Assembly: GCA_040285825.1 (NCBI GenBank)
Contig: JAUPSS010000006.1
Span: forward strand, 1-64,000
Length of the DNA: 64,000 nt
DNA from: Eukaryota sp. TZLM1-RC
Lineage: Eukaryota > Protista > Metamonada: BaSk clade
Reading direction: 5' to 3'
The translations under genes were made by a program, and so were the position numbers. Below, piece after piece: positions 51,235-62,434 of the stretch (positions are counted from its first letter, which is position 1; each line of letters opens with the position of its first letter). The notes beneath the pieces were generated by a model. The model made no database searches. It was not told the DNA's origin and saw only the letters and a program-made list of their open reading frames with translations.

Positions 51235-53837
51235 CAGCCCTTTCTTCTTTTCGAGCGTCGAGGCCTGATAGGAGTTGGATTAACATTATTGTTAATATTA
51301 ACAGAACGACGTTTACGGCGTGAAGGACGAGAGCGAGTATTAGAAACAGACTTGGAGAATTCTTTATAGGCAGAGGTGTTTTGAACAGTCGAAACCAGCT
51401 CAGTGGTAATATGATTGCCAGGCCATTGGACTTGACAGTAATCACCATCCTGACTGAGGACTTTCTGGATCACGTGCTCTTCTGCATCGCCAGCAGCAAC
51501 CCAGGAGTGAAATTCATCATCTACTGGTAAACTGGAATGCCAAGGTTGGAGGTGCTTCACACTGGCTTTAACAACCATACCAGTACACAGGTTCTTGATG
51601 TCAGCTGTGGAGGTAGAGGGTGTGTCGATAACTAAGAATGGTCCTTTGTAGTTACCATGTAACTTAGCAGTGGAAGACGAAGCTCGTTTGACCAATTGGC
51701 CAGGAGAGAAAGGGTTGGCTTCGATTTGGGAATCACGAGGAGGAGCCTTGGAAGCTTGACGGAGCTCTGCTTCCTCCTGTTTCTTCTTCAATCTGGCAAA
51801 TTTGGATTGAATGTTGTTGATGTAGGTTGACTCAGACGTTGAGCTTTCGAGGGTCTCTATGATTTTGCCGGGGTCAGCTCTTGGGCTAAAATCTGAACCA
51901 AACATGAGCTCGTATGGTGAGTAACCTGTAATCGAACTCTTGGATGAGTTGATTAACAATTGTACATAGGGTATGTACTCTGACCATGCGTCGTAGGCGT
52001 TAAAATCTACGAGCAGCTTCCTCAAGTTCTGGAAAATGTCGCGGTGACGGCGTTCGACTAAACCGTTGGACTGAGAGAAGTGAGGGACGGACTTTGAGAC
52101 CTCTATGCCCAAAAACTCACATAGAGCGTCGAAGACAGCTTTAGAGAACTCAGGACCGTTGTCACTATGAACTATGAACGGGATCCCGAATATCGCGCAT
52201 ACCTTCCATATGAGAGCGTCAGCGGTAAGGTTGGCGTTGAGTTCTTTGAGGGGGACTATGATAGTGAACCTCGTGAAGCTATCCACAAATACAAGAATGT
52301 ATCTGTGGCCGTCTTGATCTTCAGGAAGAGGACCAATGACGTCGACGTTAACTCTTGCGAATGGTCTGTCAGCCCACAAGGAACCAGTTGTAGGGACATG
52401 CAGTTTGGGGACTGCTGCTGTCTTCTGACAGGAGGGGCATTCTTGGACGTGCTTGGTCATGTCTGAAAGCATGTTAGGCCACCAGTAGTCGCTGTTCTTG
52501 AGTCTGAGGAGACTTTCTGCCTTACTGGGGTGGCCACCTTGCGGGAGTCCATGTAGAAGGTTAAGCGTATCCTTAACCAGTGATTGAGGAATCACGATCT
52601 TGTGCTCTGGAGTCAGATAAAGATCTAGACGATTATCCAAAGTACAGTTGTTAAATGAGGTGTCCTGGTTAGCGAGGGCTCGCTTTTGTTCGGACCTGAT
52701 CTTGCAGAGCCATGGCTCGAAGAGTGGAAGGTCATTGGAGCATCTGTCTTGAAGGATGAGCACCTTCTCAAATGTATGGAGATCTTCAACGAAGCATCTC
52801 TCTGACTCAGTTTCGTCAATCCTATTTGTGTAGTAGATAGGGTGAAACTCTTGGTCATTAGAATGTACCAGATGGTTGATGGTATGATTGTCTTGGGGCG
52901 GTACTATCCTAGATAGCATGTCTGCCCAATGGTTCTCTTCCCCTTTTGTATGAACTATGTCGAATAGGAACTCAGAAAAGATGGGAAGCCACCTTCTGAC
53001 TATTCTGTTTTTGTTCGGAGCGGTGAGCATGTAAGTAAGGTTTTGGTGATCTGTGAAAATGATCAGGCGCCTTCCTTTGAGGTAGTTCTCGAAGCCACTT
53101 TCGGTAAGCATGAGAAGGATAGCGTAAAGCTCTTTCTGTACCGTGGGCCAGTTCTGCTGGGAGTTAGTCAACAATCTGCTGAAGAAGCTGATTGGTCTAC
53201 ATTTCCTATTGAGTAAGGAAGTACCAGGGTCCTTAGTGGGTTCTAATTGTTCCCAAATCACGCCGCCAACTGCTATATCAGAGGCATCGCAACTAATTAG
53301 TACTTGGTTATCCACCGGAGGTAAGTTTAGAGGCATATGCTCCGCGATCAGGCGTTTGATTTCGGCTAAATGGTGGTCGTGAGTGTCTTTCCACTGCAGG
53401 CGACGTGGTTTGCCGTGTGTTAGTTTGATGATCGGGGCAACATGCTTGGTTACCTGGGGAAGCCATTCCCTAATGAAGTTGACTGAGCCGATAAGGCTAC
53501 GGGCGTCTTTCACAGTCTTAGGTCTGGGAAGATTCAGTAAAGACTCTGTGCGTGTAGGATCAATGGTCCTGGTTTTGTGTTGGAATCTGCTACCAAGGAT
53601 CTTTATTGGGTGTCTAGAGGACACAAAATGGCACTTGGGCAGTCCAAGGCTAACTCTACGGGTTCGAGCCTTCTCGAGGACACGTCTTAGACGTCCGAGG
53701 AACTCGTTGAAAGTTCTACCTACTATAATGATGTCATCTATATAGATGAATACACCGTCTCCGGAGAAGATGTCTGCCATAACGTTCTGGAAAACTGCAG
53801 GAACGTTCTTGAGGCCGAAAGCAGCACGTTTAAACAT
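51219..53837 (-). CDS. pol: pol C-terminal part: RT, RNase H, integrase (HHCC, DDE, GPF) and a chromodomain-like tail
   Basis: FGLKNVP..YIDD, CDASD..TDH..ADMLSR, GH...CPSC, VDVIGP/HSDNG/ER, KGPF, HVIQKVL..CQVQW. Confidence 0.95.
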   Translation of the reverse strand: MFKRAAFGLKNVPAVFQNVMADIFSGDGVFIYIDDIIIVGRTFNEFLGRLRRVLEKARTRRVSLGLPKCHFVSSRHPIKILGSRFQHKTRTIDPTRTESLLNLPRPKTVKDARSLIGSVNFIREWLPQVTKHVAPIIKLTHGKPRRLQWKDTHDHHLAEIKRLIAEHMPLNLPPVDNQVLISCDASDIAVGGVIWEQLEPTKDPGTSLLNRKCRPISFFSRLLTNSQQNWPTVQKELYAILLMLTESGFENYLKGRRLIIFTDHQNLTYMLTAPNKNRIVRRWLPIFSEFLFDIVHTKGEENHWADMLSRIVPPQDNHTINHLVHSNDQEFHPIYYTNRIDETESERCFVEDLHTFEKVLILQDRCSNDLPLFEPWLCKIRSEQKRALANQDTSFNNCTLDNRLDLYLTPEHKIVIPQSLVKDTLNLLHGLPQGGHPSKAESLLRLKNSDYWWPNMLSDMTKHVQECPSCQKTAAVPKLHVPTTGSLWADRPFARVNVDVIGPLPEDQDGHRYILVFVDSFTRFTIIVPLKELNANLTADALIWKVCAIFGIPFIVHSDNGPEFSKAVFDALCEFLGIEVSKSVPHFSQSNGLVERRHRDIFQNLRKLLVDFNAYDAWSEYIPYVQLLINSSKSSITGYSPYELMFGSDFSPRADPGKIIETLESSTSESTYINNIQSKFARLKKKQEEAELRQASKAPPRDSQIEANPFSPGQLVKRASSSTAKLHGNYKGPFLVIDTPSTSTADIKNLCTGMVVKASVKHLQPWHSSLPVDDEFHSWVAAGDAEEHVIQKVLSQDGDYCQVQWPGNHITTELVSTVQNTSAYKEFSKSVSNTRSRPSRRKRRSVNINNNVNPTPIRPRRSKRRKGCVSLG
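51238..51251 (-). promoter_or_regulatory. Polypurine tract
   Basis: AAAAGAAGAAAGGG, 3 nt upstream of the 3' LTR. Confidence 0.85.
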
Positions 53838-53955
53838 GATGCTTTTGCCAGGGATGCTTAAGGCAGTCTTCTCCCAGTCCTTTTCTGCAATTTTTAGTTG
53901 CCAAAAGGCTTTGGGAGGTCAAGGGTACCGATGAAATTGGCTTCTGAAAGGAAGA

Positions 53956-56892
53956 CTAGCACATCGGATATTCTGGGAGATTAGGTTCAACGGGAATAGT
54001 GTTGGCGTTGACTCCGTCCTTGCCGCTGTAATCACCAGTAAGACGAGGCTTACGATGATCAGGGTATACCACAAGACATACTGGAGAGCTGAACTCATGG
54101 TTCGATGGTACAGCAAATCCAGACTCGACGAGTTCATCGAAGATCTGTTCGGCGACTTTCTGTTTCTCGGGGTTTAACCTACGAGGGGGTCGTCTGACTC
54201 GAATACTTTCATCGTGAAAGTTGATCTCCATTGGAGGACAGTCAATCCCATCAGCATGCGGCTTAAGGGTGAATGTCTCTTCGAACTCTTTCAAGGTTAG
54301 AAGTAAGGTCTTCTTGTCGTTGTCACAGTCGAGGTTAATAGTACAACCAGAAGACTGTATGTGCTCCAACCAACGTCTGGGGACGTTGACGACATCTGAG
54401 ACTTGGGAGATTCGATGGTCGAATTCAGCCTCAGGCAGAAGTAATGTACGATGTTCCTCATCCATCTTGATGAAGAGGCCTTCATCGTTCAATAAGCCTA
54501 GGTGATGCAGCAGGTCTCTGCCAATTAGTAACATATTGTTGCCAGGAATGATGGCCAAGCTATGTTTCACATGAACTAATTGGGTTACACTACCGAGTCT
54601 GAAGCTCAGTATGCCTTCTGCTGATCCTAAAGACTTCGACATGATGTTGTTTGCAGACTTAAAGTTTATGCAATGGTTAGTCTTTACCATGTTGCATCTC
54701 TCTGCTAAATCAACAGTGATGACTGATATCGAAGCTCCAGAGTCGATGATCCCTTCTATTTCGCAGTTATTTATTGAAAATTTCAATTTTAAATTTTTGC
54801 GTGCGACATCTGAGGTGCGAACCATGAAGATATCACTGTGGGACTCTGAGTCTGGGTTCGAGTCGAACTCATGAATGAAACAGGGTTTATTTGGTGTTTC
54901 TATCGTTGTAGCTGTTTTAAAATTCTGGGTAGTCAAAGGATTAGTTAAGCACTTAATCCACTGGTTGGAGACTGAGGTTTGTTTTATGTTTGGTGTTTTA
55001 CGTGCTGGAGAGCTGTCTTGCTCTATAGTAAACAAGGAACATTTGTTTGAACGTTGCTTTGATGTATTACCTGTTGGAGAGCTATCTTGCTCTATAGTAA
55101 ACATAGAATATTTATGGGAACGTTTATTACTACTAGAAGGGCCCTTGCCTCTTCCTCTACGTCTACCTCTGCCTCTACTACTACTATTACTACTACCCCT
55201 AGCCAAATATGCTCGAACGGCATCTGGGTTGGCTTCTCGCCATTGCTTGGATCGCTGGCAATCAGGGTCGGGACATTCGTTAATGGAGTGGCCTGGAAGA
55301 CCACAGAATCTACAGAGACCAGCTTTATCTCTTTCTTTCTTAATTTGCGACTTGCTCCTTTTGGTAAGTTGAGCAGGGGCGACGCTGGAACCCGCAGGCT
55401 TAAATTTGCCTATTCTTTTCTTGTCCTTTGGGTTTGCTCTAACATAGTGACCCATATGTTGTTGATAGCTGTCACTGATGTTGGCCCTTTGCTCGTCATA
55501 GGATCTTGCTGAACACCAACTCATGTATTCAGCAGCAAGGATGTCGACAAATTGTTGTAAAGTATGGTGTTGCCAAACATTGGGTGTGGACCATACTGTT
55601 CTCAGGTTGTCACTGATGGCCTGAATACCAACAGAATCGATCATATGGGTTGCAATTTCCCAGTTTTGAATACGCTGTAGAAAGTGTTGACCATACAAGG
55701 CACGGTCGCTTGCCCTGACGTCAGAAATGGCAGTACTTCGTGAAACCGTTCTCATTAGCCTCACTGTGAAGTCGCCCCAGCGATTCCTAAAGTCCTGAAT
55801 ATTCCAATTCATCTGGACTCTATATAACTGATTCCTCGCCGTTTCTAATGTACTATACTGGCTGAGGTGTAAAATCGATTCCCATATTTGCTCCTCATTG
55901 ATGTTGTCGATAGCTGAGATACTATCAGACATGGACGAAAACCTGCCTTGAGCTCTCAGAGCGGCCAAGCATTCTGGAGTAACACAGGAGGCGATCCTGC
56001 GAGGGTCGACTTGAGCAGCAGCTCTGAATCGGTCCCACTCGTGGAGGGGGTTACCATATCTCTGATCGAGAGGGAGGTTCCGGTTTTCTCTGCTTATGGA
56101 TTGAGGAGTGGCAGGAGGACGAGAACGTTCCTCAAGTTGCCTTCTTAATTCAGACACTTCTCTTGCTAGTCTGACTTGAGTAGGATCAGATTCATTGATG
56201 TCTCTCTCTTCAATGGTCCTCTCAGTCCTGGCATACAGAATAAATCTGTCGATGAATTTCAAGATCCTTACTGGGTCAGAGATATCGTTGGCTTCCAGGG
56301 TGGGTTTTCTAGGACGACCACCTCTTTGTCTATCTCTATCTCTATCTTGTGAACTCGCCATAGCTTCCATCAGTAGGGTGTTGGAATACTGGGGAGCTAT
56401 GGGAGTGTTAGAAGGAGTTACTCCTAGGAGCCTAGGGTCCTGAGGAACCTGGGAAGGAGTTGATGGATCCTGAGATTGGACAACTACAGGTTGTTGCACT
56501 GACTCAACAGTGTCAGTAGTCGCCATTGGCTCATCTTGTTGTTGGTCATCTTGAGGCTCAATGCTCAAAGATGAGAAAACTGTGTCTGTCTCAACTGGGT
56601 CAGGCTCAGAAGTTCTCAATTCTACTGGGTCATGATCGCTCGGATAGTAACTTTGCACATTACCATCAACATTGACCCACAGAAGAGAACTAGAATTGGT
56701 GACACCAATGTTCTCCTGTACATTCATCAGGGCGTCCCTTAGTGGCCTATTCCTTCTATGTTCTGGACCAAAAATATGACGCGCAATGGTCTGGTCTGCG
56801 GTCTTGAAGGTACAATCTTTGGTAGTTCGTAGTGTAAGTGTACCACCATCCAGTCCTGAAGTCTCTATTGATATAAATATCAAGAGAGGCAT
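53956..56892 (-). CDS. gag: gag, protease and start of RT
   Basis: CRFCGLPGHSINEC knuckle, IIDSGA protease motif, FSSPVCLV..KPRLTGDY RT start. Confidence 0.9.
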   Translation of the reverse strand: MPLLIFISIETSGLDGGTLTLRTTKDCTFKTADQTIARHIFGPEHRRNRPLRDALMNVQENIGVTNSSSLLWVNVDGNVQSYYPSDHDPVELRTSEPDPVETDTVFSSLSIEPQDDQQQDEPMATTDTVESVQQPVVVQSQDPSTPSQVPQDPRLLGVTPSNTPIAPQYSNTLLMEAMASSQDRDRDRQRGGRPRKPTLEANDISDPVRILKFIDRFILYARTERTIEERDINESDPTQVRLAREVSELRRQLEERSRPPATPQSISRENRNLPLDQRYGNPLHEWDRFRAAAQVDPRRIASCVTPECLAALRAQGRFSSMSDSISAIDNINEEQIWESILHLSQYSTLETARNQLYRVQMNWNIQDFRNRWGDFTVRLMRTVSRSTAISDVRASDRALYGQHFLQRIQNWEIATHMIDSVGIQAISDNLRTVWSTPNVWQHHTLQQFVDILAAEYMSWCSARSYDEQRANISDSYQQHMGHYVRANPKDKKRIGKFKPAGSSVAPAQLTKRSKSQIKKERDKAGLCRFCGLPGHSINECPDPDCQRSKQWREANPDAVRAYLARGSSNSSSRGRGRRRGRGKGPSSSNKRSHKYSMFTIEQDSSPTGNTSKQRSNKCSLFTIEQDSSPARKTPNIKQTSVSNQWIKCLTNPLTTQNFKTATTIETPNKPCFIHEFDSNPDSESHSDIFMVRTSDVARKNLKLKFSINNCEIEGIIDSGASISVITVDLAERCNMVKTNHCINFKSANNIMSKSLGSAEGILSFRLGSVTQLVHVKHSLAIIPGNNMLLIGRDLLHHLGLLNDEGLFIKMDEEHRTLLLPEAEFDHRISQVSDVVNVPRRWLEHIQSSGCTINLDCDNDKKTLLLTLKEFEETFTLKPHADGIDCPPMEINFHDESIRVRRPPRRLNPEKQKVAEQIFDELVESGFAVPSNHEFSSPVCLVVYPDHRKPRLTGDYSGKDGVNANTIPVEPNLPEYPMC

Positions 56893-58363
56893 TGTATCCA
56901 GGGCTAAACCTGGGGAAAGGACATGGGTTACATCGGTTGAGGAAGAGATTCAGCTCATCACCAGCGAAGATCCTCTGTACACCTTCACGAGGAGTTCTGA
57001 ACCCTCCAACAGTATCCCGTTGAGGATAAATTGGAGGAGGGTCACAACGAACCGTAAGATTGTCTACTTCTTCCGTTGGGAAGTAGGGACCTATTCTTCT
57101 GCGGATCCTAAAGCCGTGATCATTAACCACTTCTGGACCCCAAAATGGGGGTAAAGCAGCAATGAGTTCATTGGGAGGAATCGATGCAGGATCTCCTAGC
57201 ATTAACTCAATACCAGCATTGAGAACTAAGTTTTGAGCTTCAGTTCTCTGTTGGGTAGAGATGAAAGGAGAATCTGATTCCTGGGGCTGGCTTGGGGCTT
57301 GATAAGTGTTAGGCTGAGCAGCACTAAGCACCTGCCAAGCAGCAGGAATAGAAGAAACAACGTGACCTTGCTGAGGAGTCTGGCCAGAGGTTGGAGGGAC
57401 ATGAATTACTCCTCTAGTAGGAACTCCCGAAGGAGGAACAGATGGAGTTGAATGGACTTCTGTAGGAGCTACCGTAGTAGGAGCAGAAGTATCAGGAAGG
57501 CCTGCTACAGGAACTTCTTGAGAAGGAGTAGTAGGATTTGGGCTACCAGCAGGGACTGCAGGAGGAGCTGGTTGTTGTGGAGGGCTGCTTTCCATAGGTA
57601 CTTCTCTAGAAGGAATGGAAGGAGCTTGTTGTCCTTCCCCAGGAGCTTCCGTAGAAGAAGTAGAAGGAACTTGTTGTCCTTCCCCAGGAGCTTCCGTAGA
57701 AGAAGTGGAAGGAACTTGTTGTCCTTCCCCAGGAGCTTCCGTAGAAGAAGTGGAAGGGGCAACAGGAGCGCAAACAATAGGTGAAGAGGGAGGCTCTACT
57801 CTCTTGAGCTTCAACAGCTCAGATATCTTGTTGCTGGCTGAGTCAGGGTCAGTCTGGTTGATGATATACTTCAGATATTCATCTAAAGTACTGAACTGTT
57901 CAGGACCTAAAAGGGAATCTTCAACCTCTCCTTCAGAACCAGGGGGAGGAGAAAGAGGTATAAAGTTTTCCACATTAGCGGGAGGAACAGGAAGACTGAT
58001 AGGAACCACAGGAACGTCATCCGTAGATGGAGTGGAACCTTGACCCGAGGGTTGAGAGGAAGTGTCACTTCTCTCGCCACCAGAGGGTTGTTCTGTTCCC
58101 AACTGAGGAGTTTGGGAGGAAGAACTTGAAACATTGGGTTGTGTAACAGAATCTCCGGAAGGAGGAGTTAACACAGGAGGAGGAGAAGCATTGCTTCCCT
58201 CGGACCCAGTTGTCAAGGGTTGTTCTGGTCCCGACTGAGGAGTTCGGGAGGAAGAACTCGAAGAGTGAGACGTAGGAGGATCAGTCCTAACAGTCTCGGA
58301 GTTGTCATTGGAACCACCCAAAGGTGATCCAATACGTATTGATGATCTGTGGGGGTTAGACAT
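56756..58363 (-). CDS. Extra Pro/Ser-rich ORF upstream of gag (535 aa), function unknown
   Basis: Long ORF starting inside the 5' LTR, containing three 45-nt repeats at 57617-57757. Confidence 0.75.
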   Translation of the reverse strand: MSNPHRSSIRIGSPLGGSNDNSETVRTDPPTSHSSSSSSRTPQSGPEQPLTTGSEGSNASPPPVLTPPSGDSVTQPNVSSSSSQTPQLGTEQPSGGERSDTSSQPSGQGSTPSTDDVPVVPISLPVPPANVENFIPLSPPPGSEGEVEDSLLGPEQFSTLDEYLKYIINQTDPDSASNKISELLKLKRVEPPSSPIVCAPVAPSTSSTEAPGEGQQVPSTSSTEAPGEGQQVPSTSSTEAPGEGQQAPSIPSREVPMESSPPQQPAPPAVPAGSPNPTTPSQEVPVAGLPDTSAPTTVAPTEVHSTPSVPPSGVPTRGVIHVPPTSGQTPQQGHVVSSIPAAWQVLSAAQPNTYQAPSQPQESDSPFISTQQRTEAQNLVLNAGIELMLGDPASIPPNELIAALPPFWGPEVVNDHGFRIRRRIGPYFPTEEVDNLTVRCDPPPIYPQRDTVGGFRTPREGVQRIFAGDELNLFLNRCNPCPFPRFSPGYNASLDIYINRDFRTGWWYTYTTNYQRLYLQDRRPDHCASYFWSRT

Positions 58364-58495
58364 TGAGTATACCTTAAATGTAATTTATTACAGGGAAATA
58401 AGGATTTCCCTAAACTTAAGCGCATAGGCGCAATAAATACAAATACTATTAATAAACTATAAATAAACTATTATAAATATTATCCAAGGCTAACA
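58340..58495 (-). repeat. 5' LTR
   Basis: Identical to 51079-51234. Confidence 0.97.
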
Positions 58496-58499
58496 GTAA

Positions 58500-58550
58500 A
58501 AGATTCTAAATATGGAATACGACGTGCAGATGTTGCTCTTCTCATTTGAG
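58500..58550 (+). mobile_element. Family D fragment, right half
   Basis: DSKYGIRRADV continues the sequence broken at 51078. Confidence 0.75.
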
Positions 58551-58959
58551 GACGTCTTGCACATAAACTGGAAAGAAAGATTCTGGCTTTGTTGACCTAA
58601 AAACTTCCAATCCGTTTCAATTAGACAATTACACCTTGGATTGCACCAAGTGCTCTTTCTTACATACGCTTTGTGAACTACATAATACCCTTGTTCGCTA
58701 CCGTTCGTTTACATAAACCCGCAAAGCTTGTGTAGAAAGGATAAGATCAAACCTTTGTACTTAAACTAATGAGCCAATGATACTGAATAAGTTACAGTTT
58801 CAGTAAAATCCATTAAGCAGAAACTAGTTGAAATACATTCAATTAATGGTACTTCCAGGGAATTGATTATCAATTTGAACATCATATTGGAAATACTTTT
58901 TTAAATAACATTTATATGTTTTTTAGAAAACTTATCATATTTTTCTTTAAATTAATTTT

Positions 58960-60010
58960 TTTATTAATTTAATTTAAAAACTACAAACTAGAAATCAATA
59001 ACTGCAAAACAAGCTTCCACACCATCAAACCTTACAGCAGCAATGTCTTCGTAATGTGCACTGACAGACATCAGAGCTTGCGAAATCATTTTAGGAAGTT
59101 TTACCGATAGTAAAAACAATACCATTCAACCAAAAACGACGATCAAAACGGTTATTCGTTCTTCTTTTTACAAGATTTTCAAAATCATCAATAAAATTCA
59201 TAGCAGTTTTTCCAAGACGACCATACAACGATATAGCAAATGGGCAAATTTGGTTATCTACATGGCGAACATGTTTCAATTCTTTCAAAGGATTTGCATA
59301 TTTTTTTCGTTTGTACAATTCTGAATCATCAAGGGAAGGTACTTCAGATTGTGCATTTCTCAAGGCATTTTTCTTGCAAACATCCACTGTTACGACATCA
59401 ACAACATTCAATTCATCATCAAATGAGGGCAAAACAACATCTGCACGTTGTTTTCCTTATTTTGAATCTCTTACGTTTTCATTTATATCAAGAGACCTCA
59501 ACAATAATTCTACAAAAGATTCAATATGATAGGAATTACAGATTTTGGATTATATCACTTACAGCATTATGCAAAGTGGAACGATAAGAAATGAATCTGT
59601 TACATTTCAATAAATGTGATAATGTCAAACCAGCTCCACATTAGCAAAACAAATCATTGGGCAAATTACAAGGCCATAGATAACAAAGCATGCTTTTGGT
59701 AGTAGTGGATTGGTCGTCATTTAAAAACAACCCATTAATTTGGGGAATTTTTTTAAACAAAACTGCAGATGAACTTTCCTTCAAATCAATGAAAAATTTG
59801 CAAAAACAGGATTTTCGTGCTTAGCCGGGCTAAGTCGAACAATAGATTTTTGCTTTTAAATTTTTTCAAAAGATGCCTTTGGAGATTTTTCAACGAAAAT
59901 TTCCAAGAAAACCAAATTCTTTCTGGATTGTCTTGAATAGCTCTAGGCAAAAATGTTTGCCATAACTCATAAATTATCCTCATTCGAAGAGAGTCGAGAA
60001 TCAATTTGAG
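58960..60010 (-). mobile_element. Degenerate CRE-like element (family D), thumb to RLE region
   Basis: RADVVLP..LNVVDVVTVDVC..KRKKY..FAISLYG..FWLNGIVF; contains stops and frameshifts. Confidence 0.82.
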
Positions 60011-60535
60011 TAAGTGCAAGGAAATATTATATATTATTTGAAATAGCGGTACTCAAATTGCAATCTTAATTGAGTGTTCAACTCACCTGATTAGTTGTGA
60101 TTAGACTCAGGCAAACATTGAGTCCAATCGACTTCTACTTAACCCATTACACTGTTTGCTCTTAATAATAAAACATTTTTTATAATAAAGCACTATTAGT
60201 TATGGGTTAATTCACGTATTAAACTATGAATTGCGCTCAAAATCACTTTTCAGAGTACGTATGTTGGTTTCAGAATTGAAATGCATGTAATTCTCCAAAC
60301 ACGTCGCCACTAGACCAAGAAGAAGGATTTTGTTGGGTATTTATAGTGTGTGAAATGGAATTTACTGTGCAGAAAACTGTGAGGTTTGGAAATTACTAAA
60401 GTGTTCTTAAAATTATTCAAATTGTGCATATAGTTTGAAAAAGATCATTGTTATACATTTTAGTTGGTCGTTTTTGTAATGTTCAAAGCGTGTATTTTGA
60501 ATTTAAATAATTCTGAAACCAACTTCACTCATACA

Positions 60536-62434
60536 ATGCTCAACGTATCTCTCCCACCTTCACAGATCCTCACAGACCTCCGTAACAGCCCTCATCTCCG
60601 TGACTACACCCTTCGATTCAACGGTGAAGAGTTTCCTATTCATCGTGCTCTTTTGGCACTCTACTCCAAGTACTATCACAAGCTCTTCACTCTCAACTGG
60701 GTAGACTCTAACGACCCTACAAGCGATTACGACCATCTTCCCGTCTCTTCTTACTCTCTCAAGATCTTCCTCGATTACTTTTATGGAGGAAGCATCGAAT
60801 TCACTCCTGAAACGTTCTATCATTTCAGGTACCTCTCTTCCTTTTTCGAGGTAGATTCAATCAATGAGGCTTGTGATCAGGTTATATCTGATCACTTTCA
60901 ATCCCCTGAATGGCTCCTTCCCGCTGTGGTCAATGCTGATGCTAATGAAGACCAAAAACTCTTAATGAAGATTGGTTCCTACATTAACTCAACAATTTTG
61001 GAACCACTCTCTCTTTCTTTTACCTCTCTTTCTTGCTTGGTAGAAGAGCAGCAAGCTGAATCTTTGTGGTTGGTGAGGTCTGTGGTTTGGTCTTGGAAGA
61101 AGAACAATTTGTCTGATTGTCAAGTGGAAAAGTTGCTTGGTATGATTGACTCTGAGGAATTGAAGATTGAAGAACTTTATGAAGATGTTTTTCTTTCTTT
61201 TTATCAGCAAAGTCAATTTAATGAATTTTTGTTTGAATTTTCAATTAAATATTTCAAAAATAATTCACAAATTCCACCTAAATGGTTCTTTTGGGTTTTG
61301 AAAATGGCTAATGAAAAACAAATTCATTTAGCATTTTTATCATCTTTTTAATTAATCAAAACCTTGAAGAAAATGTTTTAGAATTAAGTTTTGAATCTTT
61401 TAAAGTATTTCAAGAATTAAAAAACAAAAAAATAAGCATTTGGTTATTAAATTGTTTGAAATTAAATTGTTTTGATTGGAATATTGATCAATTTAGTGAA
61501 ATTTTGAATGGTTTTGATTTAAAAATTATTTAATCCACAAGAAATTCAAGAATTATTTATTAAACCATTTAATTCAATTGAAAAGTTTGTTTTGGTAATT
61601 AGTAAAATTAATAATGAAATTGTTGTTCCTTTATTAACTGAACAATTTGAAAATGTTATTAGTGAAAAAGATCAAAAAAATGAAGAATTAACCAGAAATA
61701 ATTCCAATTTAAATCAGCATTTAGGTCAACAAAATGAATTAATTAGCCAATTAACCACTCAAAATCAAGAATTAAGAAGTGAATTGCAATTTAAAAACCA
61801 AATAATTCAATCAAGTTCACCATTAATTAGGGTTTGTTTGTGGGCTGCTTCAATGTTTCATAATGACATCACCCAAAAAATTCAAAAAGGATTTAGGCAA
61901 AATTGGCCTAATCTTGAGGTACAAATTACTTCTACTAATGAACCAAATTTAAACAATATTGATAATTTTGATGTTGTTCTGTACAATACTATTGGTTTAA
62001 CCATTCAAGCCACACTACTAGAACAAATAGTAGAAGCTGGCAAGGGTTTGGTATTGTTTAGTTGTAGTGGACATCACATCAAGGGTGACTTTAAATATGG
62101 AGCATTCAAGGGTTTGAGTGGTCGTAAACCATTTGACTCTTTCATTGAACTTGGTAACTCTAACCAGAGTGATTTAATTATGAAATCAGTAAACTCTTTT
62201 TCTTGTAAGTTTGGTGCAAAATACACTTCCATCAACCCTGAATTTCAAACAGTTTTTACCTTGAAAAATGGAGATCCTTTGGTGTTGAAGAGTGAATATA
62301 GCAAAAGTAGAGTGGTAGATTTTGCTTCAGATGGTATTAGTACTGATCGTCATAGTAATGGATGGAAAAGCTCCACAGACGGTCATTTATTGCTAGCAAA
62401 TTCAATAGTTTGGGTTTCTGGAAGGGATGACTAA
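60536..62434 (+). CDS. BTB/POZ, helical, coiled-coil, class I GATase/ThuA-like protein (frameshifts at ~61345 and ~61525 in homopolymers)
   Basis: DYTLRFNGEEFPIHRALLALYSKYY..FLDYFYG (BTB); FDVVLY..IVEAGKGLVLF..LLANSIVW (ThuA-like pattern). Confidence 0.75.

Larger units (their letters stand above)
51079..58495 (-). mobile_element. Full-length Ty3/Gypsy LTR retrotransposon (7.4 kb)
   Basis: Identical 156-bp TG...CA LTRs, GTAA TSD (51075-51078 and 58496-58499), polypurine tract, and domain order gag-PR-RT-RH-IN. Confidence 0.97.

Noticed and set aside
53837-53990. Programmed frameshifts inside the Gypsy RT
   Set aside because: Both are fixed by one extra base in a C-run, typical of long-read error.
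52167-58043. Plus-strand ORFs within the Gypsy element
   Set aside because: Antisense shadows of the GC-richer coding sequence, with no recognisable motifs.
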